Assembly: GCA_963837005.1 (NCBI GenBank)
Contig: CAWIMC010000021.1
Location: 14,880 to 78,879, forward strand
DNA from: Lewinellaceae bacterium
Lineage (GTDB): Bacteria > Bacteroidota > Bacteroidia > Chitinophagales > Saprospiraceae
Direction: 5' to 3'
DNA length: 64,000 nucleotides
Position numbers and translations under genes: made by a program. This document shows, one piece after another, positions 10,042-19,454 of the stretch. Within the stretch, counting starts at the first letter, position 1; each line of letters starts with the position of its first letter. A model generated the notes under the pieces. The model made no database searches, had not been told where the DNA came from, and saw only the letters and a list, made by a program, of their open reading frames with translations.

Positions 10042-10049
10042 ACGCTTAC

Positions 10050-10154
10050 GTCGCGAGACCGGATGACGAAGCCTAAACCCTTGAGCGACAGGTACTCTAG
10101 CCACTCCCGGCCGATGTACTCGCCGTCGAGCGATGCCGTGAGGCGATTGCGACC
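10050..10154 (-). pseudogene. IS4-family transposase fragment (first catalytic-D region), continuous with 6993-7597 once IS66 and one TSD copy are removed
   Basis: Encodes ...LTASLDGEYIGREWLEYLSLKGLGFVIRSRD, which fits the IS4 ADREfIG..W...L...GI.FVIR motif. Joining across the duplication gives ...FVIRSRDYAHFSFVD..., matching the start of the 6993-7597 fragment. The rest of track ORF 10038..10640 is antisense junk. Confidence 0.65.
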
Positions 10155-10937
10155 CCGCTCGGGGTCGAGCTCTCCGGCGGGACCGTCGACGCCGTCGAGG
10201 CCATCCGCGAGCACATTGCCGGGGCGGCGGTCGTCGGCGGGGACGAGACCACGGTCCGCATCGACGGCGCGAACGCCTACATCTGGGGGTTCCAGACCCC
10301 GCACGCGGCGCTGCTCCACGTCGGCCCCGGGCGCCACGGCTCGGTGGTCGAGGACTTGTTCGCCGGCGGGTTCCCGGACGCGACCTACGTCTCGGACCGG
10401 TACGCCGGCCAACTCCGGATCGCGAGCGCCCGCAAGCAGCTGTGCGCCCCGCACCTGATGCGCACGTCCAAGGGGCTCGCCGCCGCCGCAGGCGACGCGT
10501 TCTGGGCGCTGTCGCTGCTGGACGTGTTGTCGGACGTCTCGCGCCACGGAGCCCTCGGGCGCGTGGCCGCGCCGGCCGAGCGCCGCCGGATCAGACGCGA
10601 ACTGAAGTGGCTCGTCGAACCGAAGTGGTTCGACAGACACGGAGGATTAAGCGCCGAGGCTCAGGCGCTGCGCCGCAGTCTCGGCAAGCGCTACCGACAG
10701 TTGCTCACGTGCCTGCGGCGCGCCGATGTCCCGCCGGACAACAGTGCGAGCGAGCGGTTGCTGCGCATCGTAAAGGTCAAGTGCGAGGTCTCGGGCGGGT
10801 TCCGCAGCGAGGCCGGGGTCCGCGTGTACTGCAAGGTGCGCTCGGTGATCGAGACGGCGATCCGCCTCGGGGTCGATGTCCTCGAAGCCCTCAAGACCCC
10901 CGGTATCCTGATACCGCAGCTGGCGATAGCTGAATAG
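10140..10937 (+). pseudogene. Second, N-terminally truncated IS66-family transposase (TnpC) copy, divergent from the first
   Basis: The frame through 10344..10937 reads ...VDAVEAIREHIAGAAVVGGDETTVRIDGANAYIWGFQTPHAALLHVGPGRHG...PHLMRTSKGL...PPDNSASERLLRIVKVKCEVSGGFRSEAGVRVYCKVRSVIETAIRLGVDVLEALK. These are the IS66 transposase middle and C-terminal blocks. There is a stop at 10098-10100 and no N-terminal third. Confidence 0.6.
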
Positions 10938-11437
10938 TTTTATGGTCGCGTGTCTGCGGCGGAGCGGAAGCGGTTCGGTCGCTTAACTTAGTCCCTCGCT
11001 CACGAGCGGTCCTGTAGTGCTCGATATCGCGCTGCCTGACTACGGGGAGGTGCAAAGTAGCTTGCTCAACGTCCAGGGCCAACTATTATAAGCTGGCACC
11101 TGCTCGGTCACAAGCGCTACCACGAGATGATTACGTTGCCGGCGACCGGTCGGTACTTCGTGCACGTGCGGCATGCACTCGGCGACGAGGTGTTGCGGGC
11201 GGTGGTGGCGGAGTAAGGCGGGGTGGTGGTAAAGTGTGGTCCTCGGGTGAGTCGGCGTTGCGGGGACTCAAGGACGCGGGGCTGCTGAGCCCGCTGACCA
11301 CCAAAGCGCTGAGGGGCGCGAGAACAATAAGACGCAAGAGTAAACGAGACGTACGCGATGGTAGACTGTAGCTAAGTCCTTCGCGATCTGCGTTTCTCCC
11401 TCCGTGCGCCTCGTGCGCCTCGAGTCCCAGATGGCCG

Positions 11438-12655
11438 CTACCAAAGCCGCACAGCCGGCCGCACGATGGCGGTCACAAAATTCTGCGTTACCTCAAACTC
11501 GATGGGCGGATTCCCATTCGCGGCACAGAGGCTCCGCGCGTAGCTGATACCGGTACCGAAACGCTGCACGAGCTCGAGGACCTTCATGGCCTCGGCCAAA
11601 GTAGGATTGCGGTAGGCGGCCAGACCGGGTTGGCCGAAGTTGTCGACGTTGACCTCGCCGTAGGGTCCGCCGGGGCTCCTGATCTCGATCCGGTCGTCGT
11701 ACCAGTACACGTGTATGGGTGTGTTCGACGGTCCGTACCGTCGGTGCATGACGGCGTTGCGCAACAGTTCCTTCAGCGCGGCGAGCGGGTAAAGACTGAA
11801 CCTGCGCTCCAGCGGGGTTGTCCCGTAGTCGACTTCGGTCGTGCAGAAGCCTTGGAGTTTGCTATCGATCGACCGGATGGCCTCAGCGATGTCACCCTTG
11901 CCTTCAAGGGCGTCGATCTTGGGGTCGGACAGATCGATACCTTTTATCCGTAGCCACTGGATGTAGGCCCCTGGGATGTGCCAGGTGGCATCGTCTACGA
12001 GCGCCAGGCACCCGGCGACAGTCGCCTGCACGGGTGTCGTCGTCGTGATTAACCGCAAGGCGCTAAGCCGCTGCTCGTAGGTACGTTCGTTGGCGGCGAG
12101 GACATCCTCGGCGAAGGCCGCGGGTAGGTACACGTATTCGAAGCGGCGCTTGTTGATTGCGTCGACCCCCGCCGTCGGTACCGGATGTGCATCGTCCGGG
12201 AAATTACGGAACCGGAAGCGCTCGCTCAGGATACGCTCGTCTTGTGCGGTCGCGATGTCGCGGCGCGGACCCGTCCGGACGTGGATTCGCTTGTCGTAAC
12301 GCACCGGCGGGGAGTCCGACGGCTCTACCGCGACAAGGGCATACTGAAAACTGTCTAGTACGCGGCGCTCCACGTACATCGACGGCGGCGGAACGATGTT
12401 GCCGTCGGTGCGCATCTCGTTGAGCTGGAGAAGCAACAGATCATCGACCGAGATCCCCGACGGTGAGCCGTCGTCACGGGCACCGACGATCAGGACGCCC
12501 GCCCGACCGGTGCCCGTTAGGTCGTTCGCGAATGCACAGACCGTCTCCCGGGCCTTCGGGGCAACGGGTCGCGTCCAAGCCGCCTTGAATTCGACGCGAT
12601 CCGACTCGCCGCCTTCGAGCAAGTCCCGTAGTTCGCCATCGGTATAGCGCGTCAC
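11438..12655 (-). CDS. AlbA_2 (divergent AAA/Schlafen-like) + HATPase_c_4 domain ATP-binding protein (putative transcriptional regulator; RecG C-terminal-like)
   Basis: The real N-terminus is probably the GTG at 12653-12655, which overlaps the thrS stop as GTGA. It reads (M)[26 protein letters not shown]...[30 protein letters not shown]... The C-terminus is ...[33 protein letters not shown]... The first 160 or so residues of track ORF 11438..13141 are overprinted on thrS. A paralog lies at 43471..44703. Confidence 0.75.
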   Translation of the reverse strand: MTRYTDGELRDLLEGGESDRVEFKAAWTRPVAPKARETVCAFANDLTGTGRAGVLIVGARDDGSPSGISVDDLLLLQLNEMRTDGNIVPPPSMYVERRVLDSFQYALVAVEPSDSPPVRYDKRIHVRTGPRRDIATAQDERILSERFRFRNFPDDAHPVPTAGVDAINKRRFEYVYLPAAFAEDVLAANERTYEQRLSALRLITTTTPVQATVAGCLALVDDATWHIPGAYIQWLRIKGIDLSDPKIDALEGKGDIAEAIRSIDSKLQGFCTTEVDYGTTPLERRFSLYPLAALKELLRNAVMHRRYGPSNTPIHVYWYDDRIEIRSPGGPYGEVNVDNFGQPGLAAYRNPTLAEAMKVLELVQRFGTGISYARSLCAANGNPPIEFEVTQNFVTAIVRPAVRLW

Positions 12656-14652
12656 GTGTCCTCCGTTTTGGCGAAAGCCGCCGCCCCAAACGTTTTGGCG
12701 AAAGCCGCAATCTCCATCTTGCCCACGTCCCCTTCGCCCTTCTTGCGCACGCTCACCGTTTTGGCGGCAGCCTCCTCCTCGCCCACGATGAGCATGTAGG
12801 GCACCTTGCGCATCTCCGCATCGCGGATCTTGCGGCCGATCGTCTCCGAGCGCTCGTCGACCTCGCCAATGATATCGGCCTTCGCCAAAACCCGCTGCAC
12901 CTCCCGCGCATACTCGTTGAAGCGATCCGCCACCGGGATGACGGCAAACTGCTCCGGCGCGAGCCACAGCGGGAAGTTGCCGCCCGTGTGCTCGATGAGG
13001 ATCGACGTAAAGCGCTCCAGCGAGCCGAAGGGCGCGCGGTGGATCATCACGGGGCGGTGCGGCTGATTGTCGGCCCCGATGTACTCGAGTTCGAAGCGCT
13101 TCGGGAGGTTGTAGTCCACCTGCACGGTGCCGAGCTGCCACTGGCGCTTGAGGGCGTCGCGGACCATGAAGTCGAGCTTCGGCCCGTAGAAGGCCGCCTC
13201 CCCGTAGGCCGTCACCGTCGTGATGTCGATCGAGGCACAGGCGTCGATGATGGCCTTCTCGGCGCTCGCCCAGTCCTCGTCGGAACCGATGTATTTCTCG
13301 GGCTTGGCCGGGTCGCGCAAGGAGATCTGCGCGGTGACATCGTCAAAGCCGATCATGTGCAACACCTCCTGCGTGAGCGCCACGACTTCCAGGAACTCCT
13401 TCTGGACCTGCTCCGGCGTACAGAAGATGTGCGCGTCGTCCTGCGTGAAACCCCGCACGCGACTCAAACCGTGGAGCTCGCCCGACTGCTCGTAGCGGTA
13501 CACCGTCCCGAACTCCGCGAAGCGCACCGGCAGCTCCTTGTAGCTGCGGGGCCGGAACTTGTACATTTCGCAGTGGTGCGGGCAGTTCATCGGCTTGAGC
13601 AAAAACTCTTCGTCCTCGCGGGGGGTCTTGATGGGCTGGAAGGAGTCCTCGCCGTACTTGGCGTAGTGGCCGGACGTGACGTAGAGTTCCTTCTTGCCGA
13701 TGTGCGGCGTGGTCACCTGCTGGTAGCCCATGTCCGCCTGGCGCTCCTTGAGGTAGTTGATGAGGCGCTCGCGGAGTTGCGTGCCGCGCGGCAGCCACAT
13801 CGGCAAGCCGGCGCCGACCTTCTCGGAGAACATGAACAGTTCCAGCTCCTGGCCGAGTTTGCGGTGGTCGCGGAGCTTGGCTTGCTCGAGCAGTTCGAGG
13901 TGCTCTTTGAGCTCGGAGGCCTTCGGGAAGCTGACGCCATAGATGCGGGTGAGCTGGTCGCGCGACTCGTCGCCGCGCCAGTAGGCCCCGCCGGTCTTCA
14001 TGATCTTGACGGCCTTGATGGCGGCGGTATTGACGAGGTGCGGCCCGCGGCACAGGTCGGTGAAGTTGCCTTGCTTGTAGAAGGTGATCGAGCCGTCCTC
14101 CAGGTCGCGGATCAGTTCCAGTTTGTACTCGTCACCTTTCTCGGTGAAGTACGCCAGCGCGTCGGCCTTCGAGACATCGGTGCGGACGAAGTCCGACTTA
14201 GCGCGCGCCAGTTCGATCATCTTGTCCTCCACAGCCTTAAAGTCCTCGGTCGAGAAGCTGCGGTCGGGTCCGAGGTCCACGTCGTAGTAGAAGCCCCCGT
14301 CGACGGCCGGTCCGATGCCGAGTTTGACGCCGGGGTAAAGGGCCTCGAGGGCTTCCGCCAAAACGTGCGCCGAGGAGTGCCAGAAGGTCTGCTTCCCTTC
14401 GGGGTCGCGCCAGGTGAGGAGCTGGACGGTGGCGTCATCGCGGATGGGCCGGTTCGTCTCCACGACTTTGCCGTTGACCTTGGCCGACAGCACGTTGCGC
14501 GCCAGCCCGGCCGAGATGTCGGTGGCGACGTCGAGGGCGGTGGCCCCGGCGGGGTAGGGCTTCTGGGTCCCGTCGGGCAGGGTGATGGTGATCTGGCGGA
14601 CGTCGGCGGCTACGGAGGACATGAGGTGAGGGATTTGGGCGCCTTTCGGCAA
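12652..14652 (-). CDS. thrS: Threonine--tRNA ligase
   Basis: Full-length class II ThrS: TGS/second-additional domain ...[23 protein letters not shown]..., editing-domain [10 protein letters not shown], class II catalytic motifs and an anticodon-binding domain. The start is probably the M at 14622 ([10 protein letters not shown]...). The C-terminal tail ...[21 protein letters not shown] is encoded by two tandem copies of the dispersed 15-mer. Confidence 0.95.
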   Translation of the reverse strand: MPKGAQIPHLMSSVAADVRQITITLPDGTQKPYPAGATALDVATDISAGLARNVLSAKVNGKVVETNRPIRDDATVQLLTWRDPEGKQTFWHSSAHVLAEALEALYPGVKLGIGPAVDGGFYYDVDLGPDRSFSTEDFKAVEDKMIELARAKSDFVRTDVSKADALAYFTEKGDEYKLELIRDLEDGSITFYKQGNFTDLCRGPHLVNTAAIKAVKIMKTGGAYWRGDESRDQLTRIYGVSFPKASELKEHLELLEQAKLRDHRKLGQELELFMFSEKVGAGLPMWLPRGTQLRERLINYLKERQADMGYQQVTTPHIGKKELYVTSGHYAKYGEDSFQPIKTPREDEEFLLKPMNCPHHCEMYKFRPRSYKELPVRFAEFGTVYRYEQSGELHGLSRVRGFTQDDAHIFCTPEQVQKEFLEVVALTQEVLHMIGFDDVTAQISLRDPAKPEKYIGSDEDWASAEKAIIDACASIDITTVTAYGEAAFYGPKLDFMVRDALKRQWQLGTVQVDYNLPKRFELEYIGADNQPHRPVMIHRAPFGSLERFTSILIEHTGGNFPLWLAPEQFAVIPVADRFNEYAREVQRVLAKADIIGEVDERSETIGRKIRDAEMRKVPYMLIVGEEEAAAKTVSVRKKGEGDVGKMEIAAFAKTFGAAAFAKTEDT
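12666..12679 (-). repeat. Dispersed 15-mer, exact copy (1 of a tandem pair, with 12693-12706)
   Basis: ttttggcgaaagcc on the + strand. It encodes AFAKT at the thrS C-terminus. Confidence 0.8.
12693..12706 (-). repeat. Dispersed 15-mer, exact copy (2 of the tandem pair)
   Basis: ttttggcgaaagcc, 27 bp from the previous copy and in the same orientation. Confidence 0.8.
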
Positions 14653-14757
14653 AACTGGGGGCGAAGGTAGGGTGGGGGCGGGGGTGGCGAACCTAGGAGC
14701 TCTTAACCCGGATGCCTGGATTTTTTAACTCCTACAAACAGTTCTGTTGGGTATCTG

Positions 14758-15336
14758 TCAAGTCCAGCCGCCTTCGAGTTCAGCCGCGAACTGGGCGCAG
14801 CCGTTGAGCCGCAATCGATCTAGCAAGTGAGTTTTTGACCAAGGTGGACGCTGCTTCCTCGCTCTCAGGTAGTCCATTGCTGTATTACTAATGGTCGCGT
14901 TGGTGCGGTACATATCCGTCAAGACGGCATCTGGCGTGAGGGCTTCGATGCCCAGCTGAGCCAGTAGCTCAGACGGGAAGTCTCGCAAGTTATTGGTGAC
15001 AATGATGTCTGCCTGTCCTTGGTGTGCATCATCAAGCACCTGTATATCTTTTGGGTCCGGTAATACAATTCCTGTAGGGTTCGATTTCTCGCTGGAGATA
15101 GAACAACTATATCTAGGATACTGGCCAAGGGCGAAGGTTTTCATCGCTTCGAACCTCGAGCGTATCCCTGCCTCGAGATGATGATTTGCCTCTTTCGCCA
15201 GTAGCGACCGCTGTGCTTCCTCGACGACGTAGGTGGACCAACAGACCTGGATGAGTCCGAACTGGTGGCAAGTGAGAAAGGTGTCCGTCATCAAGACAGG
15301 GTAGAGGACATTTGCGTCCAAGAATACCTTCTTCAC
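14758..15336 (-). CDS. PIN-domain protein (VapC-like toxin of a type II TA pair)
   Basis: MKKVFLDANVLYPVLMTDTFL... with acidic residues spaced as in PIN nucleases (D7, E, D...D). Lower-GC islet. Immediately downstream of a small HTH gene. Confidence 0.65.
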   Translation of the reverse strand: MKKVFLDANVLYPVLMTDTFLTCHQFGLIQVCWSTYVVEEAQRSLLAKEANHHLEAGIRSRFEAMKTFALGQYPRYSCSISSEKSNPTGIVLPDPKDIQVLDDAHQGQADIIVTNNLRDFPSELLAQLGIEALTPDAVLTDMYRTNATISNTAMDYLRARKQRPPWSKTHLLDRLRLNGCAQFAAELEGGWT

Positions 15337-15347
15337 GCTACGACGAC

Positions 15348-15719
15348 TTAGAGGCCAGTGCCACCGTCGATGACGGCGTGAAGTGCGCGGAACTGGTGTT
15401 CGACTTTTGCGGCATCCGAGAGCGCAATTTCGTAGCCTGAAGACTTGAAGATTGCCGGGAGGCGGTCCACGCGGATCAAGTGAAGGACTGCATCAACGGG
15501 AAGTTTCAGTCTTTGAGCCAACTCTTCTGGTGACAAGAATCCGGGCTCTTCGACCACCCTAAAATCCCTGCCCGCCGCCACCATCCTGAGGATAGGTGCT
15601 AACACTTTGCGCAGGCTCTCGCTGAGCGGCCCCTTGTCCGTCGCAAGACGCTCCAGGTCCGCGCGGTCCTCGGGCGAGAGGTCGGACGCTTTGATGGTGT
15701 CGTGGGTGAGCGTTTTCAT
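15348..15719 (-). CDS. Helix-turn-helix (excisionase/MerR-like HTH_17) DNA-binding protein, putative antitoxin partner of the PIN protein
   Basis: ...LSPEELAQRLKLPVDAVLHLIRVDRLPAIFKSSGYEIALSDA... 12-bp gap to the PIN gene on the same strand. Confidence 0.55.
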   Translation of the reverse strand: MKTLTHDTIKASDLSPEDRADLERLATDKGPLSESLRKVLAPILRMVAAGRDFRVVEEPGFLSPEELAQRLKLPVDAVLHLIRVDRLPAIFKSSGYEIALSDAAKVEHQFRALHAVIDGGTGL

Positions 15720-16077
15720 GAGGGCGAGCTTGCGATTCTTAGGTGAAGGTAAGGCGTGGCGCGTGTTCGGGTGTGGCGTCTGGGTATCGCCTACGGATGT
15801 TTAGCAGTACCAAGCTCACTACTCGCTCCCCACAACAAGCTCGGTTTAAACACCGCGTCACCGTAGGGAGTCGTGCCTTCAGCGCTCAGCGATGGGAGCG
15901 GTGCTGGCTGCTAAGCCTATAAAGCCCGTTCTTGGACTTAGGCCAGCGTTTGCACGGACCGGTGACGACAGCAGTTCGCACCACCTTTCCGTCTTTCACG
16001 ATCACCTTGCCGGAGAACATAACATCCGCGACTGCGCGTAGCTGCCGTGCAAACCCGAAATTCGAGCGAACAATCCT

Positions 16078-16668
16078 ATGGACCTTACCGTGTACCTCTT
16101 AGTAGCCTTTGGGATAATGATAGTGGTTTGGAGGGTTTTAAAGACTGCTAAGCCTGAGGCGCCCTTGGCCGATGACCAGTGTCTGCCAACTGAACCCGTC
16201 GCCAACACCGACTGTGTGAGGATCATATCGTCTCAGATTGAACCCTTGCGAACCGTCTTGCAGGACTTTTGCAAGCTCTACAACGAGCGAGGACGCCAGG
16301 TAGACCTGCGATTCGAGTCGATCACGGACGATCAACACTTGGTCACCTTTCCCTACGGGATTCATTTCGACCACCTGTGCTTTCTCGGGAACTACTGCAA
16401 CTACCCGATGGACAATGGTTGGGCTGCTAAAGGCGTATGGCAAGATCCGGACGTGACAGCTTGGACGGTCATCACTGCAGCATCGGAAAAGGGTCCCTTT
16501 CCCCTTGGATGCCCAATCATGTTGTACGTAGACCACAGCGACCCGGAGGCAGACAACGTCTACGTAACGGCAGAGGGCTGGCCAACCTATCGTTGGTCGT
16601 TCGGTGGGTTTACGCCTTGGTCACTCGTGGAGGGCGAACGGCGGGCATTCGTACAAATGTCCCGTTGA
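16078..16668 (+). CDS. Hypothetical N-terminally membrane-anchored protein
   Basis: TM helix LTVYLLVAFGIMIVVWRVL followed by a Cys/Trp-rich soluble domain. The domain is not recognised. Local GC is below the window average. Confidence 0.45.
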   Translation: MDLTVYLLVAFGIMIVVWRVLKTAKPEAPLADDQCLPTEPVANTDCVRIISSQIEPLRTVLQDFCKLYNERGRQVDLRFESITDDQHLVTFPYGIHFDHLCFLGNYCNYPMDNGWAAKGVWQDPDVTAWTVITAASEKGPFPLGCPIMLYVDHSDPEADNVYVTAEGWPTYRWSFGGFTPWSLVEGERRAFVQMSR

Positions 16669-16826
16669 TGCTGGCCGGGTCGCGGCTGCCTTCCCCTTAC
16701 TTGGGAGGCTCGCGGAGGGCTTCGATGACCCGTGCGGAGTAGGGCAAGCGCCCCCTCAGCACCTTTGGCAAAAAAAAAGCCACGCGCCTTAATCTTGGCC
16801 GCCATACCTCAACTACCTGTGCCCAT

Positions 16827-17225
16827 ATGTCAATCATCATCGACCAGGAGCATGCGCGGGGCTCCAATCGCAAGACACTACTCGTGTCCCTCTCCGTTGC
16901 CCTCGTCAGCATAGCGAACGTCATCGTCTACCACCGTACCATGCCGGAGGTCGACGCGTCCAAGATCACGCAGCAGGCGGTGCGATTCGTGCTGACGGTC
17001 GTGCTCCTCGTGGCGGCTTATAAGGGGAAGGCATGGGCAAGTACAGCCATAGTCCTACTTTTTGCGATTGGCCTGCTAGCGGGGGTGGCGGCGTTGCTCG
17101 CGCTCAACGCCTCATTATTGGCCAGGATTCCGTTGCTCGTCATGGTCCTGGTTTTCGCGGTTGCCGTGCATCACTATGGTTGGTCGGACGACTACAAGCG
17201 CTTCGTCGAGGAGCGGTACGGCTAG
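16827..17225 (+). CDS. Hypothetical small integral membrane protein (3-4 TM)
   Basis: Hydrophobic segments LLVSLSVALVSIANVIVY, FVLTVVLLVAAY, AIVLLFAIGLLAGVAALLAL and IPLLVMVLVFAVAV. Confidence 0.45.
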   Translation: MSIIIDQEHARGSNRKTLLVSLSVALVSIANVIVYHRTMPEVDASKITQQAVRFVLTVVLLVAAYKGKAWASTAIVLLFAIGLLAGVAALLALNASLLARIPLLVMVLVFAVAVHHYGWSDDYKRFVEERYG

Positions 17226-17292
17226 GCGTTCGGGGTGGCGGCCGTGCTTTGTGCGGCCCGAGCCCCAAATTTTGTCGCACCTTACCCAAATG

Positions 17293-19404
17293 GTCCGTCA
17301 ATACTTAGTTGCAACCCTGCTGAGCGTTTTGGCGCAAGCCCTCCCCGCCCAAACCACCGTCACTTACAGCCCGTCCCCACTGGACTTCGCCAATCCCGAA
17401 CGGGGTTTCTACCGCTACTCCGAGACCCGCTCGAGCAACTATACGCCCTTGGTGCTCTCGGAACTACAGGCTTACCGACAGCTCAACACGCCACCTTCGG
17501 CGGGCTATCAGGTTTACTCCACGCTGGTGTATCGCTACTTTTTTCTCGAGAGCTTCAAGGCGAGTGACCTCTCGGCAGCCTACCTCGCGGCGGTCCAAAA
17601 CGACTTCAATGTAGCGCGGGAGGCCGGCGTAAAGCTGATCCCTAGGTTTGCCTACACCGACGAAATCACGACGGGTGCCTGCGGGAGCTTCATCTGCCCG
17701 CCGTATGGGGACGCGGCCAAGGTCTGGGTCTTGCGGCACATCCTACAGCTCACCCCCGTGCTCCAGGCGAATACCGACGTGACGGCCGCCGTACAGATGG
17801 GCTTTATCGGGACCTTCGGCGAGAACTACTACACTGACTTCTTTGGGGATGCGAGTCAGGGCCCGGACTTCAAGCTCACCGACGCCAATTGGCAGGACCG
17901 AAACGACGTGCTCGCGGCCTTGCTCGACGCAGTGCCGACCAGTCGGATGGTGCAGGTGCGCTACCCACAGCTCAAGCAGCGGCTCGTATACGGTATCCAG
18001 GCCCCCACGACCAGCGCTGCGCTCGCGGCCGCCGACGCCTACAATGGCACACGGATCGCGCGCGTCGGCTTTCACAACGACTGTTTGCTGGCGAGTCCAG
18101 ACGACTTCGGGACTTTTACTGATTACGGCAACAGCACCTCGCCATCACAGAGCGATACGACCAACCTGAAGCCTTACGCCGATGCCGAGGGAGAGTTCGT
18201 GGCTGTCGGCGGCGAGACGTGCACCGACGCTTACTCCCCGCAGAACGATTGCGCCGGCACCGATCCTATCGCCCGCGCCGACGCAGAACTCCGCCGCCTC
18301 GGCTACAGCTACCTCAACAGCCAGTTCAACAATGACGTCAACGACGACTGGGTGACGGGGGGCTGCATGGACGCCATCAAGCGCGAACTCGGCTACCGTT
18401 TTGAGTTGCAATCCGGGACCTACACGTCCACCGTCGCGCCAGGTCAGGTGCTGAACCTCGCGCTGTCGCTGCGCAACGTCGGCTACGCCACGCCTTTTAA
18501 TGCCCGAGCCGTGCAGTTGGTGCTCCGCAACAACGCCGACGGGCAGGTTTATCGCGTCCCCGTCGCGACCGACCCACGGCGCTGGACGGCGAATGGTGCG
18601 ACCACTAATCTCGCCGAATCGTTTTGTGTCCCGGCTTCGGTGCCCGTCGGCGATTATGCGCTGCTGCTCAACCTGCCCGATCCGATGGTGAGCATCGCCG
18701 CGCGACCGGAGTACGCGATTCGCGTGGCGAATCTTCTGCCCGGGGGCGGCGATGTTTGGCAGTCCGCGACCGGATTCAATGACCTGGGCCACGTGGTGTC
18801 GGTGGCGACCTCCGGTGCGCAGGCTGCGTGTGGTACGGAGGCGGCTTTCGCCAAAACAGGCGTCGCGCTCCCCGTGACGCTCGTGAATTTTGCCGCAAGG
18901 CCCGCCGTCCGCTATATCGACCTCGACTGGGTCACCGCTAGCGAACGCGACAATGCCGGCTTTTATGTGGAGCGCAGCCTCGACGGACTGAGCTACGAAA
19001 CCGTGCGATTCGTGAGTGCTCGGCACGGGGCGTCCGGTGGGGCGACGTACACCGTGCGCGATGCCGGCCTCCAGCCTGCGACCACCTATTACTATCGGCT
19101 CCTGCAGCGCGATGGGGACGGCACGGCCAGCTACAGTTCCGTCGTCGCCGCGAAAACGGGCGCAGCCGCAACCCCGATAAGTGTGCAGGTGTACCCCAAC
19201 CCCGTAGGTGACTACCTCCGGGTCGATTGTGCGCCGGGGGTTGCTGAGCTATCGGTATACACGCTACACGATGCGCTCGGCCAGCAGGTCGACGCTGGGC
19301 CGGTAGCAGACCGCATCGACGTCGCTAACTTGCCTGCTGGCGTGTACTTCCTCACCGTTGAGACTAGCGGCGAGCGTACCGTCCGACGGATCGTGAAGGG
19401 CTAG
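17293..19404 (+). CDS. Secreted DUF4874/DUF4832 (glycoside-hydrolase-like) protein with T9SS C-terminal sorting domain
   Basis: Signal peptide MVRQYLVATLLSVLAQALPAQT. Central region ...FAYTDEITTGACG...GFIGTFGENYYTDFFGD...FHNDCLLASPDDFGTF... The C-terminus is a fibronectin-like module plus Por_Secre_tail: VQVYPNPVGDYLRVDCAPGVAELSVYTLHDALGQQV...GVYFLTVETSGERTVRRIVKG. Confidence 0.7.
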   Translation, partial: VRQYLVATLLSVLAQALPAQTTVTYSPSPLDFANPERGFYRYSETRSSNYTPLVLSELQAYRQLNTPPSAGYQVYSTLVYRYFFLESFKASDLSAAYLAAVQNDFNVAREAGVKLIPRFAYTDEITTGACGSFICPPYGDAAKVWVLRHILQLTPVLQANTDVTAAVQMGFIGTFGENYYTDFFGDASQGPDFKLTDANWQDRNDVLAALLDAVPTSRMVQVRYPQLKQRLVYGIQAPTTSAALAAADAYNGTRIARVGFHNDCLLASPDDFGTFTDYGNSTSPSQSDTTNLKPYADAEGEFVAVGGETCTDAYSPQNDCAGTDPIARADAELRRLGYSYLNSQFNNDVNDDWVTGGCMDAIKRELGYRFELQSGTYTSTVAPGQVLNLALSLRNVGYATPFNARAVQLVLRNNADGQVYRVPVATDPRRWTANGATTNLAESFCVPASVPVGDYALLLNLPDPMVSIAARPEYAIRVANLLPGGGDVWQSATGFNDLGHVVSVATSGAQAACGTEAAFAKTGVALPVTLVNFAARPAVRYIDLDWVTASERDNAGFYVERSLDGLSYETVRFVSARHGASGGATYTVRDAGLQPATTYYYRLLQRDGDGTASYSSVVAAKTGAAATPISVQVYPNPVGDYLRVDCAPGVAELSVYTLHDALGQQVDAGPVADRIDVANLPAGVYFLTVETSGERTVRRIVKG
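18843..18856 (+). repeat. Dispersed 15-mer, exact copy
   Basis: ggctttcgccaaaa inside the gene above. It encodes AFAKT. Confidence 0.8.
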
Positions 19405-19454
19405 CGGACCTGGCATACGCTCGGGGACTCGTGGTGTTCGAGTAGCTTAGGCGG

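Larger units (their letters stand above)
7598..10049 (+). mobile_element. Complete IS66-family insertion sequence (tnpA, tnpB, tnpC) with 22-bp terminal inverted repeats and 8-bp target site duplication
   Basis: Left end 7598-7619 is gtaagcgtctaagcaaccccgt. Right end 10028-10049 is acggggttgcttagacgcttac, the exact reverse complement. The flanking direct repeats GTCGCGAG at 7590-7597 and 10050-10057 are the 8-bp duplication expected for IS66. Three ORFs sit in the canonical IS66 order. Confidence 0.9.

Noticed and set aside
10155-10640. N-terminal 160 residues of track ORF 10038..10640(-)
   Set aside because: Only the last 35 or so codons (10050-10154) carry the IS4 transposase motif. The rest is antisense of the IS66 fragment and reads as junk.
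11100-11220. Small ORF MITLPATGRYFVHVRHALGDEVLRAVVAE in the 500-bp gap after the IS66 remnant
   Set aside because: Very short, with no support beyond an ATG. It may be a relic of IS-associated sequence. Not called.
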